A DNA stretch of 64,000 bases from Bacteroidales bacterium. GTDB taxonomy: Bacteria > Bacteroidota > Bacteroidia > Bacteroidales > WCHB1-69. A model generated the notes under the pieces. It did not search any database, had not been told where the DNA came from, and worked only from the letters and a program-made list of their open reading frames with translations. Position 1 is the stretch's first letter, and every line of letters begins with the position of its first letter. Location of the stretch: the NCBI GenBank assembly GCA_045600905.1, contig JAZRYT010000054.1, positions 2,053 through 66,052 on the forward strand, written 5' to 3'. Shown piece by piece: positions 40,995 through 49,380 of the stretch. Both the position numbers and the translations under genes were made by a program.

Positions 40995-41029
40995 CAAAAA
41001 AACGAGACTGGAGGAACTCCAATCTCGTT
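40995..41029 (-). terminator. Rho-independent terminator after the four-helix-bundle gene
   Basis: AACGAGAcTGGAG-gaa-CTCCAaTCTCGTT hairpin (41001-41029), followed on the minus strand by T7. Confidence 0.6.
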
Positions 41030-41052
41030 CAATTAATATCGATTCTAAAATA

Positions 41053-41511
41053 TTACAAAGAATCAATGTCCGGCAACGGATCTAAGACATCTTCTCTATC
41101 GTCATGCGAAACAAATCCTGCTGTTCTTTGCAAAGAAGCAATCAGAGAACCAATCATTTTTGTCAGTTCCATTAATTGATTACGAGAATATTCCTTCGCA
41201 TTTTCACTAAGAAGTTGCATTCTAGATGCGGTTTCTGTAAAAACCACACATTCTCTCACTGAGCTTTTAGCCATTTTCAAATAATACAGAAACTGGGTTT
41301 TGTTTCTTGAAGAACCTTCAGCAGTATTCAAAGCAATTCCTTGCGCTGATTTGAAAAATGATTTTTTAAGAAATCTCAAATTAGATTCATCACCGACCGT
41401 AGAATACGGTGCCATTTCTCCATAAAGCCAAGTAATGTAGTCCATGGCTTTTGCATAGATTCTAAGGTCTTCAAACCTAAAGAAGCTCACATTGTTATCT
41501 TGCTCATTCAT
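41053..41511 (-). CDS. Four-helix-bundle protein (23S rRNA intervening-sequence protein / Avd-like family)
   Basis: 152 aa. FRFEDLRIYAKAMDYITWLY...SAQGIALNTAEGSSRNKTQFLYYLKMAKSSVRECVVF matches the F.DL.v...A......iy ... NIAEG..R ... F..fl.iA.GS..E pattern. Confidence 0.8.
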   Translation of the reverse strand: MNEQDNNVSFFRFEDLRIYAKAMDYITWLYGEMAPYSTVGDESNLRFLKKSFFKSAQGIALNTAEGSSRNKTQFLYYLKMAKSSVRECVVFTETASRMQLLSENAKEYSRNQLMELTKMIGSLIASLQRTAGFVSHDDREDVLDPLPDIDSL

Positions 41512-41537
41512 AATAAAGGGTATTTAGTTTAGAGGCA

Positions 41538-41545
41538 CAAAAATA
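41538..41545 (-). promoter_or_regulatory. Candidate -7 box (TATTTTTG) for the four-helix-bundle gene
   Basis: Plus-strand CAAAAATA, 27 nt upstream of the ATG at 41511. A second copy lies at 41586-41593. Confidence 0.4.
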
Positions 41546-41652
41546 GCATATTTTTAATATCATAGACGTATTTGAATATTTTTTTCAAAAATAGCTGATT
41601 TTTTTTGTCAAAAGCATCGTTGTATCGGCGAAATTTCAAACATCTTTTTTTG

Positions 41653-41660
41653 TATTTTTG
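41653..41660 (+). promoter_or_regulatory. Candidate -7 box (TATTTTTG) for rarA
   Basis: Exact TAnnTTTG match. It lies inside the 5' part of the track ORF (TTG 41605), which argues for the downstream GTG start at 41689. Confidence 0.45.
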
Positions 41661-41688
41661 CCATCCTTTTTTATCAACGACATCGATT

Positions 41689-42949
41689 GTGCAAAAACCA
41701 TTGGCAGAAATATTACGTCCAACGACATTGGATTCATACGTCGGTCAGGAACATCTGATGGGCGAAGGAGCTGTTTTGCGCACTGCAATAGAGAATGACA
41801 ACATTCAGTCTATGATTTTTTGGGGGCCACCCGGTGTTGGGAAAACGACATTGGCACTTCTCATCGCCGAGCTCACCAATTCAAAATTCTTTATGCTCAG
41901 TGCTATCAGCAGTGGCGTAAAAGACATACGGGATGTCATTGAGCAGGCAAAAAAATCAGACAGCCGTTCCCTCCTTTTCATTGATGAAATCCATAGGTTT
42001 TCCAAAGCACAGCAAGACTCGTTGTTAGGTGCTGTCGAACAGGGAATTGTAACCCTTATCGGCGCCACCACTGAAAATCCTTCTTTTGAAGTCATATCTC
42101 CTCTACTTTCCAGATGCCAAGTTTATGTTTTGAAGAACTTATCCAAAGACAATCTTGAGACCATCCTTCACACCGGTATTTCATATCAGGAAAAACAGTT
42201 GAAATGCGAAATCAAGGTGGAAGATACCGAGGCCCTATTGCGGATTTCTGGTGGAGATGCACGAAAACTATTGAATGCCATAGAATTAGTAACGTGGATG
42301 ACCAAACCTTCTAACGGTGTCATAACCATAACGCGGGAATCCGTCATCCAAGTCATCCAACAAAATTTAGCCACTTACGACAAAAAAGGAGAGCAGCACT
42401 ATGACATCATCTCCGCGTTTATCAAATCAATGCGCGGAAGTGACCCTAATGCCGCCGTTTATTGGATGGCACGAATGTTAGTCGCAGGCGAAGACCCCTT
42501 GTTTATCGCACGAAGGATGGTCATCTTAGCCTCCGAAGATATCGGGAACGCCAATCCCAACGCCTTGTTGTTGGCCAACAACTGTTTCCAAGCCGTCAAT
42601 GTTATTGGAATGCCGGAAGCGAGGATACCACTGACCCAAACTGCCATCTATTTGGCGTCCTCTCCTAAAAGCAACGCGGCAGTTATTGCCATTGATGCGG
42701 CTTATTCCATCATCAAACAAACCGGAGACCTACCTGTTCCCCTACATATTCGGAACGCGCCCACCAACTTAATGAAAGAGTTGGGTTACAGCAAGGGCTA
42801 CCAATATGCACACAATTACGAACACAATTTTGTCAATCAGGAATTTATGCCGTCACAGCTCAGCGGCGTGAAAATATATGAGCCACAAAACAATCCTCGG
42901 GAGAATGAACTGCGGAAATACTTACGTAGTTGTTGGAATGAAAAATACA
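41689..42949 (+). other. rarA: RarA/MgsA replication-associated recombination ATPase module
   Basis: Walker A GPPGVGKTT, Walker B LLFIDEIHRF, MgsA C-terminal region (AVYWMARMLVAGEDPLFIARRMVILASEDIGNA). Confidence 0.9.
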
Positions 42950-43968
42950 AGTACGTCATTCTCCTACTCATAGCCCTTACCTCTTTTTTTTTCTCCGCTA
43001 AATCCCAAAATTATCATTTTTCCCAATTCTACGAGCAGCCTGTCAGTCTAAATCCAGCATTAAGCGGCGCTTTCGACGGAATATTCAGGGCGGCAGCCAC
43101 CTATCGGACGCAATGGTCTTCCGTAACGAAACCTTTCCAAACCTTTGGATTTGACATTGACGGAGCGATTTATAAGAACAACCGCCGCCAAGAGCTAATC
43201 GGATTAGGAGGGATTTTCAACACAGACAAAGCTGGAGACGTAGGCTACACCTCTTTTCAAGCTTTAGTTTCGCTTTCCTATATCAAGTACATTGGCAGGC
43301 ACGGCCGGCACAAAATCGGAATCGGCGGGTACGGTGGGTTCATCAATAACGTTTTCGACTATTACGCCGCCCACTGGGACGAACAATTTGTTAACGGAAT
43401 GTACAATCCCAACATCGTTCCATCCGATATTTTCGCAAACGACAAGCAATTTTTATTCGACTGCGGAGCGGGGGTGTTTTGGAGTTTCACGCCCAACAAA
43501 AACAATACTTTTCAACTCGGTGCCAGCGCATCCCATCTCAATCGTCCCTCAGATGCCTTTGGCACCGATTTTTCCAGATTGCCCATCAAATACAATCTAC
43601 ATTTTCTTTCCCGCATCGGACTGGCTCGAGACATAGCTTTGGAGCCTCTCTTATACGCATCCTGGCAACGCGAATTCAGCGAATACACTTTCGGCTCCAA
43701 CATTGAATTTTTCCAACGGAAAAACAGCTACACCACCCTGTTCTCTTTCGGAGGCGGCATTTTCTATCGTTGGAATGACGCCGTCGTTGCCAATTTCTTT
43801 TTCGATTGGCAAAACCTGCGATTGGGTATCAGCTACGACTTGAACGTATCCCCCTTTGTCATTGCCACGCACGTCAGAGGCGGAATTGAATTCGCACTGT
43901 CTTACGTTTTCAAACGGAAAACGATAACGCGTTTAGGTAAAGAACCTTGTCCCTACAATTTAATGTAA
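41689..43968 (+). CDS. rarA: Single uninterrupted ORF joining a RarA/MgsA AAA+ ATPase to a PorP/SprF-family T9SS membrane protein (as sequenced; probably two genes, see findings)
   Basis: No stop codon between the two modules. GTG 41689 (..VQKPLAEILRPTTLDSYVGQEHL) fits the usual RarA N-terminus. The track start is TTG 41605. Confidence 0.6.
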   Translation: MQKPLAEILRPTTLDSYVGQEHLMGEGAVLRTAIENDNIQSMIFWGPPGVGKTTLALLIAELTNSKFFMLSAISSGVKDIRDVIEQAKKSDSRSLLFIDEIHRFSKAQQDSLLGAVEQGIVTLIGATTENPSFEVISPLLSRCQVYVLKNLSKDNLETILHTGISYQEKQLKCEIKVEDTEALLRISGGDARKLLNAIELVTWMTKPSNGVITITRESVIQVIQQNLATYDKKGEQHYDIISAFIKSMRGSDPNAAVYWMARMLVAGEDPLFIARRMVILASEDIGNANPNALLLANNCFQAVNVIGMPEARIPLTQTAIYLASSPKSNAAVIAIDAAYSIIKQTGDLPVPLHIRNAPTNLMKELGYSKGYQYAHNYEHNFVNQEFMPSQLSGVKIYEPQNNPRENELRKYLRSCWNEKYKYVILLLIALTSFFFSAKSQNYHFSQFYEQPVSLNPALSGAFDGIFRAAATYRTQWSSVTKPFQTFGFDIDGAIYKNNRRQELIGLGGIFNTDKAGDVGYTSFQALVSLSYIKYIGRHGRHKIGIGGYGGFINNVFDYYAAHWDEQFVNGMYNPNIVPSDIFANDKQFLFDCGAGVFWSFTPNKNNTFQLGASASHLNRPSDAFGTDFSRLPIKYNLHFLSRIGLARDIALEPLLYASWQREFSEYTFGSNIEFFQRKNSYTTLFSFGGGIFYRWNDAVVANFFFDWQNLRLGISYDLNVSPFVIATHVRGGIEFALSYVFKRKTITRLGKEPCPYNLM
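42950..43968 (+). other. PorP/SprF-family type IX secretion system membrane protein module
   Basis: Signal-like KYKYVILLLIALTSFFFSAKSQ, then NYHFSQFYEQPVSLNPALSGAFDG and a beta-barrel-like remainder. Confidence 0.82.
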
Positions 43969-43969
43969 A

Positions 43970-45595
43970 ATGTATTTCAAGGCTTTACATATCATCTCCT
44001 TGGTGCTTGTATGCTTCTCCGTGTCTGCACAGAACAGACATCTCACAGATGCGCAGAGAGACGAACAAATCAATTTCATTCGTCAAGACACTTTGTCCGT
44101 AACCGTAGAGGCTCTTCCTGATGAAATCAACAGTCGGTTTTCCGAATATTCAGGTAAGCTTCTCCCAGACTCTACTTTTTTGTTTTCTTCTATGAGAGCT
44201 GATGCAGATGAAGATTTCGACCATCTTTTCGAAACCAGTTGGTACTGCAATCTTTATCAATCCAAATTACTCTCAGACGGCAGTTATCTTCCCGCTATTC
44301 CTTTGCCATCCATCATTAATACTCACAAAGCCTTTAACAGCAACTTGTGCTATCTTCAAGAAAAGGAACTTCTCATCTTTACCAGATGCACTCGCGCAAG
44401 CAACGGAGACCTTCAATGTTCCCTATGGCAAAGCTCACGTCACAACGGAGAATGGAGCAAGCCAAAGAAACTCCCATCGTCTATTAATGCAGAAGGCAGT
44501 TCTTCAATGCAACCTGACCTTGTATCTGAAAACGGACAAGACATCTTATATTTCGTTTCAAATCGGAAACACGGGATTGGGGGGTACGACATTTGGTATT
44601 CTATTTACAAAGATGGACATTTTAACTCTCCCATCAATGCCGGTCCCGTTATTAACACCGAAGGAAATGAAGTCACACCTTTTTATGACAAGACAAACGG
44701 CATCCTCTATTTCAGTTCCGATGAGCATCTCGGCATTGGAGATTACGACATATTTTATAGTATCGGCGCCTTGAGCCAATGGGGTGAAGTCTCCAATATG
44801 GGTGTCCCGTTCAATTCGGAATACAACGATTATTATTTCACACTGAATGAAGGTGGACAAAACGGTTATTTTTCTTCCAATCGTCCTCATGACAATATGG
44901 ATGCTTCCGACACTTGCTGCAACGACCTTTTCTATTACAAATGGCATCCGTCTGATGTTCCTGACAGTATTCCCATTCCGACTGTTCCGTCACTATCTGA
45001 AAAAATAGCATCAGTTTTACCCATCACGCTCTATTTTCAAAACGACGAGCCGAACCCTAAATCCACAGCAGACACCACTAACGAAGATTACCCGACGTTA
45101 TATAGAAGGTATCTGTCTGACAACAACCTATACGTGTCCGAATCCAGTCGCGGATTATCTGGGAAGCAACAAACCTCCGTTCGTCAAGAAATGTTGGAAT
45201 TTCTACAGGATTCCGTCGCCACCGGGTACAATCGGTTGCAACAACTCGTTCAATATCTGAAAGAAGCCTTACAAAATGGCGAAACCGTTGAACTTACTAT
45301 CAGCGGCTACGCGAGCCCGCTTCATCATAGCGACTATAACCTGCATCTGTCCGCCAGAAGAATCACCAGTTTGACAAACTACCTTTCAAAAGCAGAGAAT
45401 GGTTTCTTCCTCCCCTATTTGACTCACGAGAAACAAGGACTCATCATCCGGACGAATCCAGAAGGTGCCGTACAACATTCTTTTCAAACCAATGAAGCAA
45501 GAGAGACTGTTTATGGACTTCAAGCGGCCAAAGACCGTAAAATCATCATCATAGGAAAAATTGTCACAAAACAGCCATCATCTATTAACCATTAA
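43970..45595 (+). CDS. PD40 (TolB-like) repeat protein with degenerate OmpA-like C-terminal domain
   Basis: Signal peptide present. Repeats FVSNRKHGIGGYDIWYS, YFSSDEHLGIGDYDIFYS and YFSSNRPH. C-terminal TISGYASPLHHSDYNLHLSARRITSLTNYL. The ATG lies 1 nt after the upstream stop. Confidence 0.78.
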   Translation: MYFKALHIISLVLVCFSVSAQNRHLTDAQRDEQINFIRQDTLSVTVEALPDEINSRFSEYSGKLLPDSTFLFSSMRADADEDFDHLFETSWYCNLYQSKLLSDGSYLPAIPLPSIINTHKAFNSNLCYLQEKELLIFTRCTRASNGDLQCSLWQSSRHNGEWSKPKKLPSSINAEGSSSMQPDLVSENGQDILYFVSNRKHGIGGYDIWYSIYKDGHFNSPINAGPVINTEGNEVTPFYDKTNGILYFSSDEHLGIGDYDIFYSIGALSQWGEVSNMGVPFNSEYNDYYFTLNEGGQNGYFSSNRPHDNMDASDTCCNDLFYYKWHPSDVPDSIPIPTVPSLSEKIASVLPITLYFQNDEPNPKSTADTTNEDYPTLYRRYLSDNNLYVSESSRGLSGKQQTSVRQEMLEFLQDSVATGYNRLQQLVQYLKEALQNGETVELTISGYASPLHHSDYNLHLSARRITSLTNYLSKAENGFFLPYLTHEKQGLIIRTNPEGAVQHSFQTNEARETVYGLQAAKDRKIIIIGKIVTKQPSSINH

Positions 45596-45678
45596 CCATT
45601 TATCATTAACCTTTAATCAGATTTGGTGCTACGCTTTGAAGAATTTCTGCAGAGCACCCTCTCAAGCGCTTTTTTGAC

Positions 45679-45686
45679 TATTTTTG
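45679..45686 (+). promoter_or_regulatory. Candidate -7 box (TATTTTTG)
   Basis: Exact TAnnTTTG match 31 nt upstream of the ATG at 45718. Confidence 0.45.
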
Positions 45687-45717
45687 CACCTTCAATTTTT
45701 AGAACATTTATATCATT

Positions 45718-46059
45718 ATGCTTAAGTATTTTAAAGAACCTCCTTTTTCCGTAACCATTTGCGACAAAGATGGAAAGATTTTGGAAATGAACGACAAATC
45801 CGTTTCTACCTTTTGCAAAGACGGTCAATCCATTATCGGGAACTCACTGTTGGATTGTCATCCGGAACCCGCCAGAGCCAAACTTCTCGGTCTGCTTGCC
45901 AATCATAATGTCAATGCCTACACCATAGAGAAAAACGGCATAAAAAAACTCATTTACCAAGCACCGTGGTACGAAAACGGTGAATTCTCCGGCTACATTG
46001 AGTTATCTATGGAAATTCCTATGGAGATGCCTCATTACGTACGTAAGCCGACTAAATAG
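45718..46059 (+). CDS. Small PAS-domain-like protein
   Basis: 113 aa with PAS-like features (ICDKDGKILEMNDKS..IIGNSLLDCHPE...YTIEKNGIKKLIYQAPWYENGEFSGYIEL). Confidence 0.6.
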   Translation: MLKYFKEPPFSVTICDKDGKILEMNDKSVSTFCKDGQSIIGNSLLDCHPEPARAKLLGLLANHNVNAYTIEKNGIKKLIYQAPWYENGEFSGYIELSMEIPMEMPHYVRKPTK

Positions 46060-46124
46060 TAATCAGCGGACTGCAATATAAAGGGCTATCATTTAATCTT
46101 TAATTCTTAATTTTATTGACCACA

Positions 46125-46895
46125 ATGTACACCAACAATCGCGATAAAGAAAAAGACACGAGTCTTATTTACGGTATGCGCCCCATCTTTGAGGCAATCG
46201 AAAGCGGCAAAACCATTGACAAAGTTCTCTTTCAAAAAGGTCTTCAAGGCGAGCTGTTCAAAGAACTTTTCTACGAAGTCCGCCAGCACAAGATTCCTTT
46301 CCAATATGTTCCGTTAGAGAAACTCAACCGGTTGACGCGCAACAATCACCAAGGCGTTGTGGCTTTCCTTTCCGCCATTGAGTATTGCAGTATATTCGAC
46401 ATTGTTCCCAACATTTTTGAAGAAGGCCGAACACCGTTTTTACTTTTATTGGACAAGATTACAGATGTCCGCAACGTGGGTGCTATAGCCCGTTCAGCCG
46501 AATGTGCCGGTGTGGATGCCATCATCATTCCTCTTAACGGTGGTGCCCAATTGAATGAAGACGCCGTGAAAAGCTCCGCTGGCGCGCTAAACAAGATTCC
46601 AATCTGCCGCCACTCCAATTTGGTCGAAGTCATCCAATATTTAAAGGATTCCGGCATTGAAGTCATCGGTGTGACGGAGAAAGCGAACCACGCTCTCTAC
46701 AACAAGGATTTCACCGGGCCGACCTGCCTGATAATGGGTAACGAATACGAGGGAATCGCTTGGGACTACCTCAAGCACTGCAACGACACCGTCACGATTC
46801 CGATGGTCGGAACCATTCGCTCTCTGAATGTATCCGTGGCCACGGGAATCACCTTGTTCGAAGTTGTCAAACAGCGAAATCCTGTCAAAGAATGA
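46125..46895 (+). CDS. rlmB: 23S rRNA (guanosine-2'-O)-methyltransferase RlmB (SpoU/TrmH family)
   Basis: SpoU motifs are present (DVRNVGAIARSAECAGVDAIIIP, LIMGNEYEGI, IPMVGTIRSLNVSVATGI). ATG at 46125. Confidence 0.87.
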   Translation: MYTNNRDKEKDTSLIYGMRPIFEAIESGKTIDKVLFQKGLQGELFKELFYEVRQHKIPFQYVPLEKLNRLTRNNHQGVVAFLSAIEYCSIFDIVPNIFEEGRTPFLLLLDKITDVRNVGAIARSAECAGVDAIIIPLNGGAQLNEDAVKSSAGALNKIPICRHSNLVEVIQYLKDSGIEVIGVTEKANHALYNKDFTGPTCLIMGNEYEGIAWDYLKHCNDTVTIPMVGTIRSLNVSVATGITLFEVVKQRNPVKE

Positions 46896-47401
46896 AAAAG
46901 ATAGGCATACTTTCCGACACACACGGCTATTTGCATCCCAATGCCTTTGAATTTTTCAAGGACTGCGATGAAATTTGGCACGCAGGCGATATTGTTGATG
47001 ATTTCATTCTTGACGAGCTTCAGGCAATTGCCCCTGTTGTACGCGCCGTATATGGCAACTGCGACGACTGGGACATACGCCGCGAAATTCCTGAAACACA
47101 GATTTTCCAATGCGAAGGTCACAAAGTGGCCATCAAACACATTGTGGGCCACCCCGGAAAATATTTTCCCGAAGGCTATCAACTCATCCAAGAAGAAAAG
47201 CCGACCCTTTTGGTCGCCGGTCATTCTCACATTTTAAAAGTTATGAATGACACAAAGAACAACCTGCTATTCATCAATCCAGGTGCGGCCGGACGTTACG
47301 GATTTCACACCAGACTCACGATGATTCGCCTGAAAATAGACGGCAAAGAACTCTCCAATCTGGAAATTTATGACGAACCAAAACTCCAACCCATCCCATG
47401 A
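46892..47401 (+). CDS. YfcE/MJ0936-family metallophosphoesterase
   Basis: MKKIGILSDTHG, WHAGDI, GNCD, GHSH motifs. The ATG overlaps the rlmB stop (ATGA). Confidence 0.87.
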   Translation: MKKIGILSDTHGYLHPNAFEFFKDCDEIWHAGDIVDDFILDELQAIAPVVRAVYGNCDDWDIRREIPETQIFQCEGHKVAIKHIVGHPGKYFPEGYQLIQEEKPTLLVAGHSHILKVMNDTKNNLLFINPGAAGRYGFHTRLTMIRLKIDGKELSNLEIYDEPKLQPIP

Positions 47402-48162
47402 TTACCGAAGACAGCCCCATCCTTACCGTTCTAGGTCCGACCGCCACTGGAAAGACACATATTGCCGTACGCCTCGCCGCTGAAATCGGCGGAGAAATCG
47501 TCAGTGCCGACTCCCGCCAAATATACCGAAGAATGGATATCGGCACAGGCAAAGACATTTCAGAATACACGTACAACGGCATTCCAGTCCCCTATCATCT
47601 TATTGACATAGAGGAACCAGGTGTGAAATACAATGTCTATCGATACCAGCAGGAAGCCTTCAAAGCAATACAGGACATTCAGCAACGAGACAAACGCATT
47701 GTCCTTTGCGGCGGCAGCGGAATGTACGTCGAAGCCGTTCTTCAAGGTTATAGATTCCGTTTCCAAGAAGACGAACAGATACTCTCAGATCCCGTTCCAG
47801 CTATACTCATCGGACTACGAGGCGAACGCGACCTCATCCGAAATCGCATCACTGCCCGACTGAAAGCGCGCTTGGAAGAGGGAATGATTGAGGAAATCCA
47901 AGGGCTTTTGGATGCTGGCATTCCTTCGGAAACACTTATCCGATACGGATTGGAATACAAATTCGTCACGCTCTACATCCTAGGAGAACTCAAATACGAA
48001 GAAATGTACGAGAAACTGAAGGTCGCCATCCACCAATTCTCCAAACGCCAAATGACTTGGTTCCGAAGAATGGAACGCTTGGGCATGGACATCCATTGGA
48101 TTGATGTCGCACTACCTGAAGATGACAAAATGGAGGAAATATACAAATTCCTACAAGAATAA
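47398..48162 (+). CDS. miaA: MiaA-family tRNA dimethylallyltransferase-like protein (short form)
   Basis: GPTATGKTHIAVRLA P-loop and SADSRQIYRRMDIGTGK motif. At 254 aa it is shorter than canonical MiaA. ATGA overlap with the upstream gene. Confidence 0.72.
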   Translation: MITEDSPILTVLGPTATGKTHIAVRLAAEIGGEIVSADSRQIYRRMDIGTGKDISEYTYNGIPVPYHLIDIEEPGVKYNVYRYQQEAFKAIQDIQQRDKRIVLCGGSGMYVEAVLQGYRFRFQEDEQILSDPVPAILIGLRGERDLIRNRITARLKARLEEGMIEEIQGLLDAGIPSETLIRYGLEYKFVTLYILGELKYEEMYEKLKVAIHQFSKRQMTWFRRMERLGMDIHWIDVALPEDDKMEEIYKFLQE

Positions 48163-48262
48163 GGGAACATCCTCATCTGATAACAATATTATGAATTAGG
48201 ACCAATAGGAAATCACATAATCAAGCATATTATGTGGAAATGTCAGATAAAGACGAAAAGAG

Positions 48263-49378
48263 TCACAGTTCCTTTCCTAATTCGGCGACCCTCCTCAACG
48301 TCAAAAACGCCTCTTTGAGGGGTTGAGAAACAGAACTATCCGGTTCATTTAAAACCAGTTCCTGATACTTGTTAATGAACAGTATTCGATACCTATGAAA
48401 AAAATGCAAATAATGCTTAATAAATCCTATACAATCTAGCACCACAAATTCTATTCCAATCTCGTTGTAAAAAGTTGCTGCATAATTCACAACTTCTTCC
48501 TCAATTGGTTGAGTAGTAATAAGGATGTAATTATCAATTTTCTTCTCAGAATTTACTATTTTATCAACACAGATTTTCACATCTTCTATAGTAACTTTCT
48601 TTTTTTTCATCTCATAACAAGTCACAACCCTATCTTCATCTTGTAATACTATTTCAACATCTCCTAAAGCTCCAGTTTGACTATCCGCCGCATTATGCGC
48701 GAACAAAGGCTTTGTTCTTTCACGTGTCAAATCTGCAACAGCCTCGTACGCTGCCGTAATAATGAGAACAGGTAAACGGCTAGATCCTCTACAACTTAAA
48801 TGCTGAATTAGTAGTTTTGTTACCTCTTCACTGGAAAGTTGAAGTGAACTTTTATCTTCAGACAGTGCCTGTTTCAATTGTGTCATTCTTTGTTCTGTTT
48901 CATTTTTTATCACAAACAACATTCGAATCATTTCTGAAAGTGTGTTAAAAGCAATATCCGAATCAGCCTCAACGCATTCAATCACATCACACATTTCAAA
49001 ATACACATCTTTCGGACGACATTTATTGAATTGTTCTTTTGTTAAAGGGGCCTCAATTGTCCGAAAAGCCGGGGTTAAAAAGGCAGTTGTATGATTACAA
49101 GGTAATTGATATGAATGCAAAAAAGGCCCTACAACATCCTCATCAATACTACGGCCTCTGAATGAATGATCTCCCAACGTGATATATGGCTTATGTAAAT
49201 CAACTGAAGGATCTTTTATTTTCGCCAACAAACCTGCTATAAGGAAACGAACAGGTGCCCTATTTCTTTCACAGCGGCATATAGCTTCCACTTTTGCACC
49301 CAATGCATCATCATCAACCAATCTTTCATTTCTGTTCTGCGAAACAGTTTCGACAATATTTTCAAGTATCTCGCGCAT
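48263..49378 (-). CDS. Putative type II restriction endonuclease (partner of the adjacent Dam-class methyltransferase)
   Basis: The ATG at 49376-49378 sits 2 nt after the methyltransferase stop (alternative TTG at 49408). PD-(D/E)xK-like GD-x15-EMK (..GALGDVEIVLQDEDRVVTCYEMKKK..). The gene is AT-rich. Confidence 0.55.
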   Translation of the reverse strand: MREILENIVETVSQNRNERLVDDDALGAKVEAICRCERNRAPVRFLIAGLLAKIKDPSVDLHKPYITLGDHSFRGRSIDEDVVGPFLHSYQLPCNHTTAFLTPAFRTIEAPLTKEQFNKCRPKDVYFEMCDVIECVEADSDIAFNTLSEMIRMLFVIKNETEQRMTQLKQALSEDKSSLQLSSEEVTKLLIQHLSCRGSSRLPVLIITAAYEAVADLTRERTKPLFAHNAADSQTGALGDVEIVLQDEDRVVTCYEMKKKKVTIEDVKICVDKIVNSEKKIDNYILITTQPIEEEVVNYAATFYNEIGIEFVVLDCIGFIKHYLHFFHRYRILFINKYQELVLNEPDSSVSQPLKEAFLTLRRVAELGKEL

Positions 49379-49380
49379 TA

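Noticed and set aside
41053-41511. Diversity-generating retroelement centred on the Avd-like gene.
   Set aside because: There is no reverse-transcriptase ORF within the window, and I saw no near-identical template/variable repeat pair near it. The call is kept only as a stand-alone gene.
45613-45828. A 71-aa minus-strand ORF upstream of and overlapping the PAS-like gene.
   Set aside because: It overlaps the -7 box and start of the plus-strand gene, has no motifs, and is probably spurious.
46760-46891. N-terminal extensions offered by the track for the phosphoesterase (46760), the Met-synthase-activation-like gene (52442), the lipoprotein (31529), proS (31555) and rpoC (6729).
   Set aside because: The extensions overlap upstream genes or promoter boxes. 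Conserved N-termini or signal peptides begin at the internal ATGs (46892, 52550, 31589, 31492, 6720).
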